A stretch of DNA of 64,000 nucleotides from Lobosporangium transversale (GCF_002105155.1 NW_019028980.1:186001-250000); one strand, 5' to 3'; shown: positions 25,471 to 39,517, counted from the stretch's first letter. Numbers and translations: made by a program. The notes: a model not told the origin generated them from the sequence alone.

Positions 25471-27258
25471 ATGGCAACAAACGGACGTAGACAGGTGGAT
25501 GAGGACGACGATGATATTATTGACGTAGACGACTCATCATTACAGAATAACCAGGCCAACTATGCATGGGAGGAAGAATACAAACGCAGTTGGGACGTTC
25601 TTCAAGAAGATGAACATGGAAGTCTCGCTGGCGTCGTCAACAGTCTACAACAAGCGGCAAAGCGCAAGCGGTAAATGGCTAATAGGAAAAAAAAAGAAAA
25701 AAAAAAAAAAGAAAAGAAAAAAATAAAGCAAATCCACACGAGGAGAAGCTTGATGATGCTGGAATGGTGGCGCACAGCTTCTAATATCTCTTTTTATTGC
25801 TTTTAGACAACTGCGGGACACTGATCCCATTCAACGCGGGATTATTCGCCACCTGTTTATAATTGTCGATCTATCCAGCTCAATGCAGGAGAAAGACCTT
25901 CGACCTTCACGTTTGTCACTTACTTTTACATATTTGGAAGCATTCGTAGCCGAATATTTTGATCAAAATCCCATCTCCCAAATTGGATTGATCGGAACAA
26001 AGGACGGATTGGCTGAAAAGTTGACAGAACTGAGTGGAAACCCCACAGAACATATTCGTACTCTCAAGATGAAGAAGTTTCAAGAAGTTGGTGGCGAACC
26101 CTCTTTGCAAAATGCATTGGAGTTGGCAAGAAATTCTTTGATGTAAAAAATCTGGGTTAACAAGTCTGATATATATACTCTGTATTTGAGCGTCTCCCAA
26201 TTTATGAATAATTGTAATAGTTGTTGACATCCAGTTTTTTTTTTTTTCTTTCATTTACCTTTCTGGCTGGATTTAGTCACGTACCAGCGCATGGTTCTCG
26301 GGAGATTTTAGTCATCATGGGATCATTAACGACAACAGATCCTGGAAACATCCATGATACAATAGCACAGCTTGTACAGGATAATATCCGTGCATCAGTC
26401 ATTGCATTAGCAGCAGAAGTTCAAGTACTAAAGTCTTTGTCGACACAAACAAAAGGTAAACGATAGGTAGCAAAGATCTATGGATTAAGAAGGATATGCA
26501 TATCAGCATATGATGTTTCTTACCAGAATCTTTTTTTTTTTTTTTTTTTTTTTTTTCTTTATCAAGGAACATTTGGCGTAGCTATGAACGAAGGCCATTA
26601 TCGCGACTTGTTATTCGAAGTAATTCCTCCGACGGCTGTCACGACCACAAAAACATCATCTAACCTTGTACAAATGGGATTTCCAGCACGATCCAACGAG
26701 AGTGCGGCCACACTCTGTGCTTGTCATAACAAACTAACACTTGGTGGATACATTTGTCCACGGTGCAATTCCAAATTGTGCGATATACCCACAGAGTGTG
26801 ATATCTGTACTCTGACGTTGGTCTCCAGCCCATTGCTCGCCAGAAGTTATCATCATCTTTTCCCGGTCGAAAATTTTATTGAAGTCGCATGGAAAGAGTA
26901 TGTTCGTTCTTGTTTGTTTTGCTAATGCACCCACCTAAAATGACTATTAAGATTGCTAAATGTTTCCGCCCGCGCCTGTTCACCTGCCTGTTTCAGTGCT
27001 GCTGCGACAACAGCCTGTTTTTCATGCCAAAAGTCATTCCTGAGTCCGCATAAAGTTAGTCTTCAATTGCAGGCGACGACAGATGCGGGACGATATCAAT
27101 GCAAGCTGTGTGACAAGACCTTCTGTGCAGACTGTGATTTATTCATCCATGATGTTTTACATAATTGTCCTGGTTGTTTAAGTCAACCTCGGCGTCTGTT
27201 TGGTAAACCCAAAGCAATGGCTACTGCAAATATTCCTAAAGCTACGGTTCAGAAATAG
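25471..27258 (+). CDS. SSL1: TFIIH subunit Ssl1/p44 (GTF2H2); exons 25471-25670, 25807-26142, 26277-26455, 26567-26897, 26997-27258
   Basis: YAWEEEYKRSWD, QRGIIRHL, vWA motifs FDQNPISQIG and GEPSLQNAL, zinc ribbon YICPRC...CDIC...LARSYHHLFP, and C-terminal C1-like FCADCDLFIHDVLHNCPGC. Confidence 0.96.
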
Positions 27259-27816
27259 TGGTTGTGAAAGGATCAAAAATTATCGCTGCCACAACATTTA
27301 CCATAAAGATGATTATTATTATTTTTCTTTTCAATTTTTGGTAAAAGTATATTTCTATGGCTTCTTGCCATGTCATGTATAAAATAAACAGAGATCCCAT
27401 CCTACCCTGCAATCGTGCACAAGTATTGCTTTGAGAGACATTAGATAATTATGCTGTTTAATGGAATTAAAATAAATATTAAGGCTATTCTAAATTGAAG
27501 TAATTGCATCTGCTTGCTTCCTTTTTGCCATCGTATTGAGGGAAGATATGATCACCTTTACTTATCTAAAGCCGCCTCCGGGTGTCTTCCTTCCTAGTTC
27601 AATGATTTTGGAACTGTAGATCTTCGAACTTTTTTTTGATGCGATGTAAGGATATGTTGCATGATTATGGTGAAATTGAATGTGGATGATTATGAATGAA
27701 TATGCGTGCGTGTACAAGTGAAGTTGGTATTATATGACAATATGTACATTTGCCGTCATCCCCTTCCTTGACTTTCCTGGTAACTTTTACTCTTTTTTTT
27801 TTTTTTTTTTTTTTTT

Positions 27817-30800
27817 TTATGAAGCTGCAGATGTTGTAGTTGTTGATGGTGTGCTTCCTTTTGCCAAAAGGCGTGCACGTGCAAGTGCAGGATCTTCCTC
27901 AGAGTCCGAGGAATGTTCTAAAACCGCCAGTTCCTCTTCCTCCAAGACTAGAAGATGATCTTTCCATGTCGACCAAGAAGCTGACAATGTAGCCGACATC
28001 CTTCGTTGCCTGCGCTGGTTGGGGCTTTGCTGCTTATTGGGCTCATTTGAATCCTTTTCCTGATCCTCGCTCTGATTCAGAGGCTTTCCTTTTTCCTTCT
28101 CGTTTTTATTTCCTTCCAAGTTTGAAGTGGAGGACGACGTTTGCTTATGTGTGAAGTCTTGGGTAACGGGTGCCGAATTAGAGGCATTGGATGATGATGC
28201 GAGGAGCGTATACAGTTCAGGTCTTGGTCTTGTAGGTTCTGAATTGAGTCGTTTTGCTCTTTCCCCAGACAAGGCTGTGCTCGTGTTTACACCTATGTCC
28301 GTAGCAGTGGATGATTCCTTTTTCAAAAAACTCCCTTCAGCAGTATTCTTTTGCTCGGTCTCTTGCCCTTGCCCTTGTGGCCCAGCTGAAGCTGTGGCTA
28401 TTGCTGGTACATGAAGGTGCAGATTCTGATGCTGAGGGTGGTGGCTATTTCCCAATGAAGAGGAGTTGGAGTTTACAGAGCCCTTGCGCCATGGTGGCAA
28501 TGAAAGCGATGACCGGACTGTGGCCAGGTCTGTTGCTGCTGTTGAAGCTGCAGCGTTTGTTAACGATCGGGCCTGACGAGGAGGAGGCGGCAGGGCAGTA
28601 AATCCTGATGTTGTGTGAAGATGCGGCTGACCAGATGTCATGCTGTACGGAGAAGTATTGGACAAACTCTGCATCGCCAAAGCTCTCGTGTATGCTGCAT
28701 TAGATGCCATCCCTGTCCATCCAGTTGCATTAGCATCTGTTGCCAGTTCACCATCTGCATGGGGCTTTGATGTAGCTGCAGTGAGCAGTGGTTTCTTGTG
28801 TACATTATACTCCTCTTCAAATGCGAACATTAGATTTTCAAATGCTTTCAGTTGTGCCTCTCGTTCCCTTTCGGCAGCCTGAAGACGTGCATTCATCGTT
28901 GTTGTCCCGGCTGCTGAAGTAGGCGTTGATGAGGCCACCGAAGAATGCCGTCTTTTGCTTTTGCCTTTTTCGTCCGCTTGTGCCGCGGCTACTTCCTCTG
29001 CCAATGCCGCTGACACGTGCCTTAGGATCATGGCATCTCGACCCAACGAGATTTCGGATCCATAATAATTGGTCGATGCATCTTGTCGTGACCGGAATAC
29101 CAGTCCCGCAAAACTATCCAAAATAGCTCTTCGTTTACGATGTCGGACCGCGATTTCCTGAAGATCTGCTTCTGAATAATTGTATGGGTCAGTCAACTTG
29201 CATTTGATGCCAGGTTGTATTGCAGCAGATGACGTTGGAGGTGGTGAAAGGAAAGCTGATGTCGAGAGAGACGAAGACGTCGACTCAGTGGTAGTTGTGA
29301 GCGCCAAGATTAGATTGGCAACCACATTAGCGTCAGATCCTGCCTTGATATTATTGTTGTTGCCACTACCGTTACCGCTTCCGTTGCTGCTCGTCCCAAA
29401 GACGTCATTCTTTGCTCGCAAATGTACCTGCGACAATTGTTGCCTTAAACTACCTGATCCTTGATTGCTACTCTCTGAAGACGACCCAACTCCACTCCAT
29501 GCAGCTACTATTGAAGAGGCGGTATTCTTGGTTTTTGTTGGAACAGGCGTTGAAGCATCTATCTGTTCTGGTTGTTGCTGTTGGTATTGTTGGAGTATAG
29601 TCAAAGTGACCATAACCGCAGAATCAACTAACGCATCAACAGTTTCAAGCACATATTTTAATATTCTCTGGCTTTGTGTAGGCAAGAGCTCGACCAAGTC
29701 GCGGTATTTCCGCCCTTGGGGTCGTACAAAGAAATCATACAGATGGGTTGGGATCCATTCTTCCGGTGCTAGCGAAAGTGTGCACGCCAATAGACGGACT
29801 AGCTCTTCCAGTGAGAGAGGGTTTAGAATTGCATCATTGGCTTGAGCAAGCGCCAGCTTTGATTGAGACCTTTTGCTCCGCAGCCGCCTTAGCGCAGGGC
29901 TTCCGATGTGTTGCTGATTCTGCTGTTGTTGCGATGGTGATCCCACTGCTGTATTTGTGTTGGTGGTAGAGGCCGCTGATGGCACAAGTGATTGAAATGA
30001 ACCTCCTCCAGTACTATTGTTGCTACCATTCATTAACGATAGTAGAGATGGATTTTGAGGCTGCGCCATGGACGATCCGTGATAGAACGCTACTGTTGCA
30101 CTTCCCGCCAAAGGGTCCTGTGCACTGTCACGTCGTGATTGTCCTGATGTGGAAGTGTCATCTGCCGTTGACATGGCCATCACCTGCAAGAGGGCTTGTA
30201 ATGTCCCACGAGCATCATCTTTGAGTGGTGTTGTGTCGGCTACAGACTGTGTAGATCCCAAAGGTTGCAAGAGACCGCTGTTAAATCGACTCACTTTACT
30301 AGGTTTTTCGAGTTTACGTTGTGGTGGGGGCACAATAGATGACGTCGACGGGTTCATAGCAACGTCCGGATTTGAGCCAGAAGGCATTTGAGAAGGCTTG
30401 TGAAACTCAATCCGTTGTTTGGCCACTATGAAGATTTTATTATCAAGGATTATGAAAGACAAGAACTTTTAATATTCTTTTCTTTATAAATATATATATT
30501 GTTTTGTTTTTTCTCTTAACATTCAATCTTACCTCGATTCCTTATTTCGTTACAACAACTGATACTGCACCACTTGAACTGCTCAATCGTTAGCACGGCT
30601 CCATCAGTCAGTATCGATTGGGATTGTTGTGAGGCAGAAGAGCTTCGATCGTCGTCTCCCGCTTTGGATTGGTGCTGATCAGTAATTCTAGATGACGATG
30701 AGGTGCCTGCAGGGCCACCAGAGATAGGAAATCCCGTACCTGTGCTTGCATGCGCACCAGCTGAGACTATCTTTGGAGAGCGAGGTGACCGCGGTGAATT

Positions 30801-31706
30801 TGCTTGACTTAGCCCAGCACCTGTTGTGGATGATGACCCTGTTGGCGATGATGCGTTATGATTCCCACTGACGAACCTGGCCAGATTAGAGGTGATCAAA
30901 CTTGTAGGTATATTAGGTATATATGATCTTCGGCGCTTGTGTTTCTGCGGTACTGGCTGTTGAGACTGTTGAGACTGGGAAGATTGGATCTCTGGCTGTG
31001 TCCGCATGGGTATAGATTGAACTTGGGATATTGCTTGTGCTTGAGTTGATTGTTGCAGAGATGGCTGATCGGGCGATACGTCGGATGATGCTTTATTCTG
31101 AAGTATTTCGATGTGGACTTTGTTTTTGTTAACGGGTTCTGCAGATGTATTATGGTCCATACCTGAAGAGCTCTTTGTAGAAACTCTTCGGGAGCGGGAC
31201 ATAAAGCCTGCCGATGAGAGCAGGGAGCGTTCTTGTGGAACCAACGTAGAAGATGCATCAATACTAGTTCTTGTAGCAGGGACTGGGGTAAAGTCAGAAG
31301 AACTGGCATTAGTAACTGATCCCTTTGAAATAGATTGTTGTGACAACTGTCGCTGTTGCAAAAGAGTGTGGCCATTGGTTTCTTGTGCTGGGCTCCTGTG
31401 GGTGTCCTTCTGACTGAGTCCTCGAGAGGATTCGATAAGCAGCGATAACTGGCCCTTCTTGATGAGCGATGCTGCTTTGTCTTGTTCGACTGAGGAAGAC
31501 TGCACTGGCATTGAGGTACGTCGGTTCTTAAATGATGTGAAGAATGACCACGACTTGCGTTTCTGGACTGGGCTTGTTCTAGATCCATTTCCAGATGCTG
31601 TAGGTGATACAGAAGTATTGGGAAATGCTACGGAGCTGTCATTGACTGCAACAGTACCGCCCTTGCCACCGCCAGGACGAGCGGTACTGCTGCTACTCCG
31701 ACCCAA
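27817..31706 (-). CDS. Large low-complexity protein with a divergent RhoGAP-like domain; exons ~31706(start uncertain)-30533 and 30425-27817
   Basis: Two long ORFs joined by a GTAAGA...CATAG intron. CCNEIRNR and LACTLSLAPEEWIPTHLY...LVELLPTQSQRILKYVLETV resemble RhoGAP helices. The 5' end was not resolved. Confidence 0.65.
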
Positions 31707-34700
31707 GCTGCCTAACCCCCGAATGTTGAAGGAATCTTCCGCTCCGCGGGAAATGAAGGAGAAGAGGACCGAAGATGAATCTCCTTAACCTTCAGAGATA
31801 AGAAGTAGTATTGGTAGCCTTAATGGTCGTTATGGACAGATTAAAGCAAATCGCTGCTATTAATTCTTCCTGTTAGATCCTGGTTAAAGATGGAATGCTT
31901 TTCCCCTTATGCTGCAGACGTGACAGCGGCTCAACCCTTATGTTTACAGGGTACGATATGAATGGTAATATGCCTATGCTTGAACGTTAAGCTTGTTAGA
32001 TAGGCCTATTTAATGAGAACCGCAAGATTGGGGGAGAGCAACCACTGGGTCGAGAGATATGTGGATCTGCAGAGGACTAAAAGGTACTAAGCAAGGCCAC
32101 AGGGCAGAATTATATGAGGAAAGGTTCAAACAAGTGAGAAATCATGGACTAATGGGCAAGACAGGGAATAAGGGCGAGCAAGAGCTCCCTTATAGATGTT
32201 GGGTGCGAATCAGGTAGGATGGGAAAATATGGAAACAAGATCAAGACTGGTTTTGAAGGCAAGGAGCGGTGTGAGGAAAAGATTGTGGGGGGCTGATAGT
32301 CTGTTTATTATTACTCACAAATGGATCGCCAACAAGCTCAGTGCACTTGGCCTTTTTTGTTCCTTTCTTTTTTGTTGAGGCGATAGTGGAGGTAGTAGCG
32401 ATAGCCCGCTGTCGTCAGTCGCGACTTAGTAGGAATGATGATGCCGTTAATGTTCCTGAGTTTCGTATATTTGTTTCAAGATGTACACCGCTTCCGACTC
32501 TTGATTCGGTAGTTTTGTCTGTTCGAAGGACTGTTGTGCTGCTATTTTTGCCACTAATGTTCCAACCGTTAGTGGCACTGCCGGAGCTGTATCCTACAAT
32601 AGTATCGATCAAATTGTCCTCCTTTCTCTACTTGATTCAGAATGTGATAACGATGAGTGATGATGGGGATAGGAATGTTGACGACGAAGGGTGAAGTAAA
32701 GGCAAGAGCGGTTGGAAATGGTAAAATGCAAAGTCGACGACTCAGAGACTGAGTGGATGGAGCGCGCTAAGGAGTGGCGGGATAAGCTGAACCTTACTAT
32801 ACCTCTGACAATGTCTCTTACGATACTGTCATCGATATTGTTGTGCGTTCAAAGTTGGTGTTGTAGACAAGGGTCTCAAAAGTCTAGAGCCTTTTTTTTT
32901 TTTTTTTTTTTTTTATCACACCCCCTGTTGGCTCTGTCAAATCTGAAGAGATATGCCTAGAAATGTGTGCCGAAGGTGGTTAGGATGCGGTATGCTGATA
33001 TTGATACTGCTGCTTTGGTAGTCGAGTTGGGGTGAAAGAGAATAGGTGATAGTAAAGAGAGTGGAGATAGTGGAGATAGTTGAGATAGTGGTGGTGGTGA
33101 TGGTGATGGTGGTGGTTAGATAGGAATGGAAAATGAGACAACAGTCCGGGTAGAGATGGAAAGAGTAGAAGTAGAAAAGGCGACAGCAATAGCAACAACA
33201 GCAGCAACCCCAAAGGAAGGTGGGGAAGAAGAGGAGAGAAGGAAGAAGAAGTAAGAGCAAAGAAGTTTAGAGCAAAGAGAAAGAGAGAGACGGGCAATAT
33301 GGTGAACAGGGATGCCATGCTTATTTCACTGACCCTGAGGCGAGGATTGAGGGTGATTGGGTGGACTACACCATTGGCCATGCTTATTTACACGGGAGAC
33401 AGGGGAATGGAATGAATTGAATCTGTAAAGTTGCTTTAGCCCCCTAATTCATATACTCTCGAAAAAAAGCTCTAGTCCCATGCATCTCCAATCCCATGCT
33501 CTTTTTTTTTTTTTTTTTTTTTTCTTAAAATGTAGTATATACTAAAAGAAAGAGAATATGGTCATCACATCATCAAGCACAGTCAACGGAATTCTTTGTC
33601 CTTTGCCTTCAGTCACCGATGTTAATGTCGCCTCTGTCTTTTTTTTGTTTTTTTTTTTTTTTCCCCTCCAGGTTGTGTCTTTGACCTCCGTGTTTTGTTT
33701 GGCGGGAAAAACAAAATAACAAACAAAGACATGTCTCCATATCCGACAATTGCAATGTATTAATAAAATGTACAATATCAATAAATATCTGAGCGACCTG
33801 GATGATGAACATCAAACATCAACTTTTTTTTTTATTTTAATAAAATAACAAGCACATGTACAGATCAAAAAGCAGTAGGAGAAGAGAAAGACGATTAGGT
33901 TGTAGAAAAAAAGAATTAAATCAGATTAAGATGAATTCCAAGCGGTAATACTGCAGAAAAAGAACCATGCTATGCTAGACTTATTAACGCATTGATCCAA
34001 CCAAGGGGCATCAAGCCATGGACAAATAAACGATTTGCCACGTTAGGTACCCCGTCGAGGGATGCAGCGCTTTTTTTTTTTTTTTTGCATGAATCGGCGA
34101 GACAAACAAAGAGGAATAAAAAAGCGCGAGAAATCTTTCTCTTCCCAGTATCATTTTCACCCGCAACTCATTCAGACGTTCCTTCGGTGATGAGAGAACA
34201 AAGCATACATGCATTGAAAAGACTAGAATGAAACCAATCAAAATACATATACAGTACATAACGCGATGCTTGGGCTATAGCATTTCATAGGCCTATCCAA
34301 TCCTCTCAGTATCTGATGGATTGATGAATTGTTGAAATGAAAGCCAGCATGGCTCTTTTTTGCTCACTTTGACGCGGTACAATTGGTATTTGGTCGACGT
34401 ATATGAGTATAACGGATCAATCTCCCTTTCACTTTTGCTATCAATTTCCCGCGTCTTCGTCCCAGGTGTATAGTTTAATTATGTATTATTATATATTATT
34501 ATATATAATTATTATTATTATTTTTGCATGAATTTTTTTTTTTTTCATTTCTTTTCTCGGAAGTCATGCACAGATGAACAATCCTCTCTCCATCCTCTAG
34601 ACTATTGCCTTTCTCTATCCTCTTTATTCCCATCCCTAATGATTCGTTGTCATCGTTGTTCTTCACTTGCAGCTTTTGCATTGCTGGCACAAGGAAGAAA

Positions 34701-35181
34701 GAGATTAAAAAGGCATATTTTCAATGTACTGTATACAGTCTATCAACGTCAATGTCGGTGCAATGTAAACATCAACATCAATGCTATTCCTAATATCAAC
34801 AAGACACACGAGAGAGAGTGGCAGGTAATGTATTACACAATCTGTCATAGACAACAAATTGGGTCACGAGCTGGCATTGTTTTTTGTCAACAAATGTGGG
34901 TTCGCCCTTTGTATATACTGAATGTAAAGGGGGATGTAAGCACTGGCCTTTATTACTTTATTACTTACTTTCGTTTGCTTGTCATGCAAATATACAGGAT
35001 CTCAGTTCCACTTATCCTGAGTTCGAAAATAGCGATAAAGATAGATCGAAGAACAGAGTCTGTACTCTGTACTACCTCAGTTCAACCTTTAACATCACTG
35101 GGAGCTATGCCTCTCAATTCTTCCCGCGCATCAAAAGTTTAATTGTCTTTCTTGATGAATGGACAAAGTTCTCTTTGATGG

Positions 35182-35212
<31 letters not shown>

Positions 35213-36042
35213 CATTTCATTTTCAAGGCATTGCGATGAGGGTTATTGAATATAAAGTATGAATACCAAGGCAGGAAAGGAAACAAAAGCAGGAGAAAAA
35301 AAAAAAAAAAAAAAAAAAAAGAAAGATTGCCCGGAATTTAGATATTTGTCAGGAACAGATTAAGGATTGGATAAAGGCATGCAGAAGAAAGAAAGTTAAA
35401 AGAGGACCCAGTCCCTAGATATTATCGCCACAAACATCGTGCATGATATTAAACCGCCTTTCTTTCCCATTTCTTTGTTATCTCACCATTAAAGTTGATT
35501 TCATGACTCGAGAAACCAGGGTACATCTCATAGCCAACATATATATGAGGAAAAAAAAAAAAAAAAAAAAGTAGGGCGCTTCTTCTGATATTTCGAGATT
35601 AATCAAAATGTTGATGGAGAGTCAGGAATGTGGTGAATGCTTTGCGACAAGTTTTAAAAAAAGAATTGCATGCATTTGCTCTTTAATCTTTTTTTTTTTT
35701 TTTTCTTTTCCTCTTCGCAGCCGATATCTACTACACATGTATATTATACCATCGCTAATAGCCAGAGGACTAAACCCCGGAGCTGTCATCGGATTTCCCC
35801 TCGCTCTTTTCCTATTTATTTTAAGAGCACTTTAGATATTCATGTTCAGAAGGTGAGAAAGCATCCCGTGGGATCGCATGCAGAAAGCTTATAATAAAGA
35901 TACATGTAAGCACGCGTCTCTAAACACGACATGACTTTGTTTCACTTCATAGACATTTGTATCATGATGATTAGTCACACAAGCTCCTGTTTCCAGGATA
36001 TTGGGTTGTCGCAACATTTTATATAATTTATATTCTGCCTTT

Positions 36043-36750
36043 TCATGGGCGGCTGCTGTTCTCCGTTGGCACCTTAACAACTACGTCTTCTAATTCAACA
36101 TCATGTTCTTGTTCATCTATTTTCTTGGTCTCCGCAGCGACTTCCTGTGCATGATCGGTGGCTTCTTCTCTTTCCATAAACATTTCCTTTGCCATATCCA
36201 GATAAGACTTCACAGGTGGTTGCGACCATTTCTTCTCCAATGCATCAGCCATATCCCCTAAACAAACGCCACTCTTGGCATACATCCTATACAATGGCTC
36301 TAGCTCTGAGTCGATCTTGGGTTGTTCAGGTCGGATTTCTAATCGATATCGTTCCAATGTAGGGTCTGATCGATAAAACGATTGATAGTATTGTGTCCAT
36401 GTCATGTCTGGATTGGTCACTTGAAAAAGATCAAAGACAAGATCCAATGGTGGACGATTATTGAACACTGTTGCTTGGATTGTCTTGGTAGGGCCTACTG
36501 TCCTGAACCACTCAAGGATCTCTGCCTTAGTTCCTAAAAATACAAATGTGGAGGTGTGACCAAGTGAAAGCGAGATCTTTTCTCCCAGCATTGGCGGAGT
36601 GACAATACGCCTCTCGCCAGGCATATCACCTATATATAATATGTTAAAAATACAACGCTACCGTTAATGCTACAAATCTGGGTTGCCCACCCATGTCAAG
36701 TCATATCGCAGGACGTTACCCATTGCATATCCATAGTTGAATGACGACAT
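36043..36750 (-). CDS. Hypothetical protein (~206 aa); exons 36750-36720 and 36629-36043
   Basis: MSSFNYGYAMG|DMPGERRIV joined by a GTAACG...ATAG intron. Coding-like composition, no motif recognised. Confidence 0.7.
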
Positions 36751-37046
36751 TTTTTGTTATAAAATCAAATAGTCTGGAGTTGTAGGAGCAATTAGAAATA
36801 ATGGTTATTATAATTGTTGTTGTTGTTGTTGTGATGATGGAATGAAAGAAAAGGATTAGGGATGAAGAAGTGGAATGGAGGAAGAAAGAGAGGCTCATCG
36901 GAACAATCAATCTCCTTTTTTTTTTTTTTTTTTTTTTTTTAACGCAAAAGGAAAATCATGAATCCGAATTTGAAACAGCAAGATTTTATTTCGTCACTTA
37001 GCCTCGGAATATTCAGGAGGAATGCAGGGTCTTTCTTCAATGAGGG

Positions 37047-37481
37047 TTATAATTCAGACAGTCCAGGCAGTGTAGGGCTTACTATAGCTTTGGCATTCTC
37101 ACTCTCTCTTTGGGCCACATATTCCTGAAGATATTCTGAGATTATTCGTGTGAATGTCTAAGGCGCAGTATTAAACAAATGCATGTCAAAAAAAACTGCT
37201 CTCTGAATTCATTTGTTTCACTTTTCCACGTGGGTTATGTACTCCACCTACATTAACATCCCGATTAAGATATCGTTTCTCAACTTCTTGTAAGGGAATC
37301 CAATGTGGGATAGTATGCTTGTAGACGTAAAGCATATCACCCTCTTTTTGCATCTGTTTTTGCTGCTCATTATCGCCATCAGCAGCGCCATCTTTATCCT
37401 TTCGCTGATCTTTATCATCACTTTGCTTCAATGTCTTTTTTCTGAGTATGACATAATACGGTTCGTGATACTTTCCTATCG

Positions 37482-37514
<33 letters not shown>

Positions 37515-37853
37515 AACAACAAGCATGGCATTAGAGCTAGGGCAACTAAAAATAAAATAAAATGCATTTTCTTTCTTACAGTATTTACCTTGAGCAAAAG
37601 TTTCAAAGCGGATGCCTACCTCTTTGGGTGCTTCAGGGAAACCATCCATGGGATATGCTGACCAATCGTTTTCATCCAGTTCATTGACGCTAAACAACGT
37701 GACTCCAGTCAAACGATATGCCATAAGGATATTCTGCATTCTCTTTTCATCTTTATCAGTCTTGGTTGGGGTAGGAGGTACTAGCGTTGTAGGTTCTTTA
37801 ATGTGATCCAACATCCATTATTAAGACCACATTCCTTTTGAAGTATCGTTTTT

Positions 37854-37884
<31 letters not shown>

Positions 37885-38169
37885 GTTATATCTTGATCAA
37901 TGGCACCCATAAAACTGTATTCACCTTCGACCATGCTTCTCTCTTCCTCATCAATTTGCTTTAAAAGAGACGCGCGCTTTTCCTCCAAGGCAAGCACTTT
38001 TAATTTTGTGGTAAAAAAAAAAAAAAAACCATGTTCAACACACTGTCCTCTTCTTTTTTTTTTTCAATCTTTTAAAATCCTGTTAATTAGCCCCTCACTC
38101 ACATTCCTGACGAAGGATGTTGACATCTTCCTGAAGTGCTGCTGTAATTTGGCTGCTTGCAGAGTCCAT
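37047..38169 (-). CDS. Kinetochore protein CENP-O/Mcm21/Mal2 family; five exons (38169-38103, ~37997-37925, ~37780-37589, 37475-37252, 37157-37047)
   Basis: N-terminal coiled coil, then MAYRLTGVTLF, VGIRFETFAQGKYHEPYYVILR and YKHTIPHWIPLQEVEKRYL. The exon 3 acceptor is ambiguous (two in-frame AGs). Confidence 0.82.
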
Positions 38170-38312
38170 TATGCTTAATGAAGCGATGCTGTTGAAAGTT
38201 ACAATGTAAAAGAATGAAGAGAGGTCACATGGTGGCTTCAAAAAACACAAAAAACTGATCTTAAAAATGCATTCACTTTTTTTTTTTTTTAAAATTTACT
38301 TTTGACAATAAC
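38170..38312. promoter_or_regulatory. Very compact (143 bp) probable bidirectional promoter between the CENP-O and ankyrin genes
   Basis: Divergent ATGs at 38169 (-) and 38313 (+). Confidence 0.5.
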
Positions 38313-39296
38313 ATGCCAAACAAGCCCAAGGCCACATTTCTCACATTACCATCTGAAATTATTGTCACTATTTTTACTCTCTCCTCGAATCCTTCATTGG
38401 TCCTTGTCTGTCGAGAAATCAATCATATTCTCGCCCCACTTTCAAAGTCAATAGCAACCCGCGCTGAATTCTTGCTTGTGCGATACAGATATAACTATGT
38501 CAAAGCTGTCATAAAAGGTCTTCGGTGGACCTTCTTTGACCTTGAACTCCTCAGCGTTTTGGACCGAATCTTTTATAAAGAACAAACACGGATACTTGAA
38601 GAGGAATCAAGAAAGGCCCTACTTAAAAGCGCTACAGGAGTACAGTCAAGGAATAAGCAATCTGATATTTCTCCTTCTGACTCTATACCAGACACAAATG
38701 TCCAAAGCACAATAGAACGACCAAGGAAGAAGCGGAAGAAATATCAACTTCCTACACCGGAACCAAACACACAACAGCAACAACAACAGCAACAACAACA
38801 GCAACAACAACAGCAACAACAACAGCAACGAAAACGATCACCGGATGCGGGAAATAATGGCGATTCTTCTTCAGCGACAAGACTGCCGTCTACTGATGAC
38901 ATGCAAAATGGAAAAGTCATTCCATTACCTAAAGATTTCCCGATGCCACGACGACTGTTCAAATCTAGCGAATCTATACCTTTGATCCATCAATTACTCT
39001 TACGAGGTGCCTCACCATCTTATCAACATCATTATCCTTTAGTGAGGGCATCGCAAAGAGGGGATGTGGAGATGGTTAAGCTACTATTAACCTTTGGAGC
39101 TCCTCCAGATATCAAAGCTCTTCGCTGGGCATGCGTGGAGGAACACAATGAAGTCTTGGATGTGTTTTTGACAAACGGTGTCATGCCTGATGGTCAATGC
39201 TTGAGCTGGTGTGTCGAACGGGGAAAGACTAAAATGATTGATCGTCTACTCAAGTTAGGTGTTGTCCCAGATCTGAAGACTGTCCTTGGACTTTAG
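38313..39296 (+). CDS. Protein with an F-box-like N-terminus, a polyQ insert and C-terminal ankyrin repeats
   Basis: FLTLPSEIIVTIF; YPLVRASQRGDVEMVKLLLTFGA, ALRWAC and CLSWCVERGKTKMIDRLLKLG are ankyrin-like repeats. Confidence 0.8.
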   Translation: MPNKPKATFLTLPSEIIVTIFTLSSNPSLVLVCREINHILAPLSKSIATRAEFLLVRYRYNYVKAVIKGLRWTFFDLELLSVLDRIFYKEQTRILEEESRKALLKSATGVQSRNKQSDISPSDSIPDTNVQSTIERPRKKRKKYQLPTPEPNTQQQQQQQQQQQQQQQQQQQRKRSPDAGNNGDSSSATRLPSTDDMQNGKVIPLPKDFPMPRRLFKSSESIPLIHQLLLRGASPSYQHHYPLVRASQRGDVEMVKLLLTFGAPPDIKALRWACVEEHNEVLDVFLTNGVMPDGQCLSWCVERGKTKMIDRLLKLGVVPDLKTVLGL

Positions 39297-39482
39297 TGAT
39301 AGAAAATTATAGATTTTTAGATTCACAATCATCTCTGTATAATATTAACAATAAAGAAGGCTCAAACAGCATCCGCCCAAGAGTAAGCTCTTCCTGCAAA
39401 ATAAAGACCGTCACGCCTCCACACCTTCACGAATGCATTCTCCCATTAGCCCCCTGTCAACTATTCATTCCATCCACACCTG

Positions 39483-39517
<35 letters not shown>

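Noticed and set aside
32937..33381. Leu/His-rich ORFs on the minus strand
   Set aside because: Translations of pyrimidine-rich, microsatellite-containing promoter/UTR DNA with no protein-like complexity.
34990..35035. GAGTTCGAA B-box-like motif suggesting a tRNA or SINE
   Set aside because: No cloverleaf, acceptor stem or properly placed A-box.
34528..35249. 204-aa and 121-aa plus-strand ORFs
   Set aside because: No motifs, they run through homopolymer tracts, and their composition is intergenic-like.
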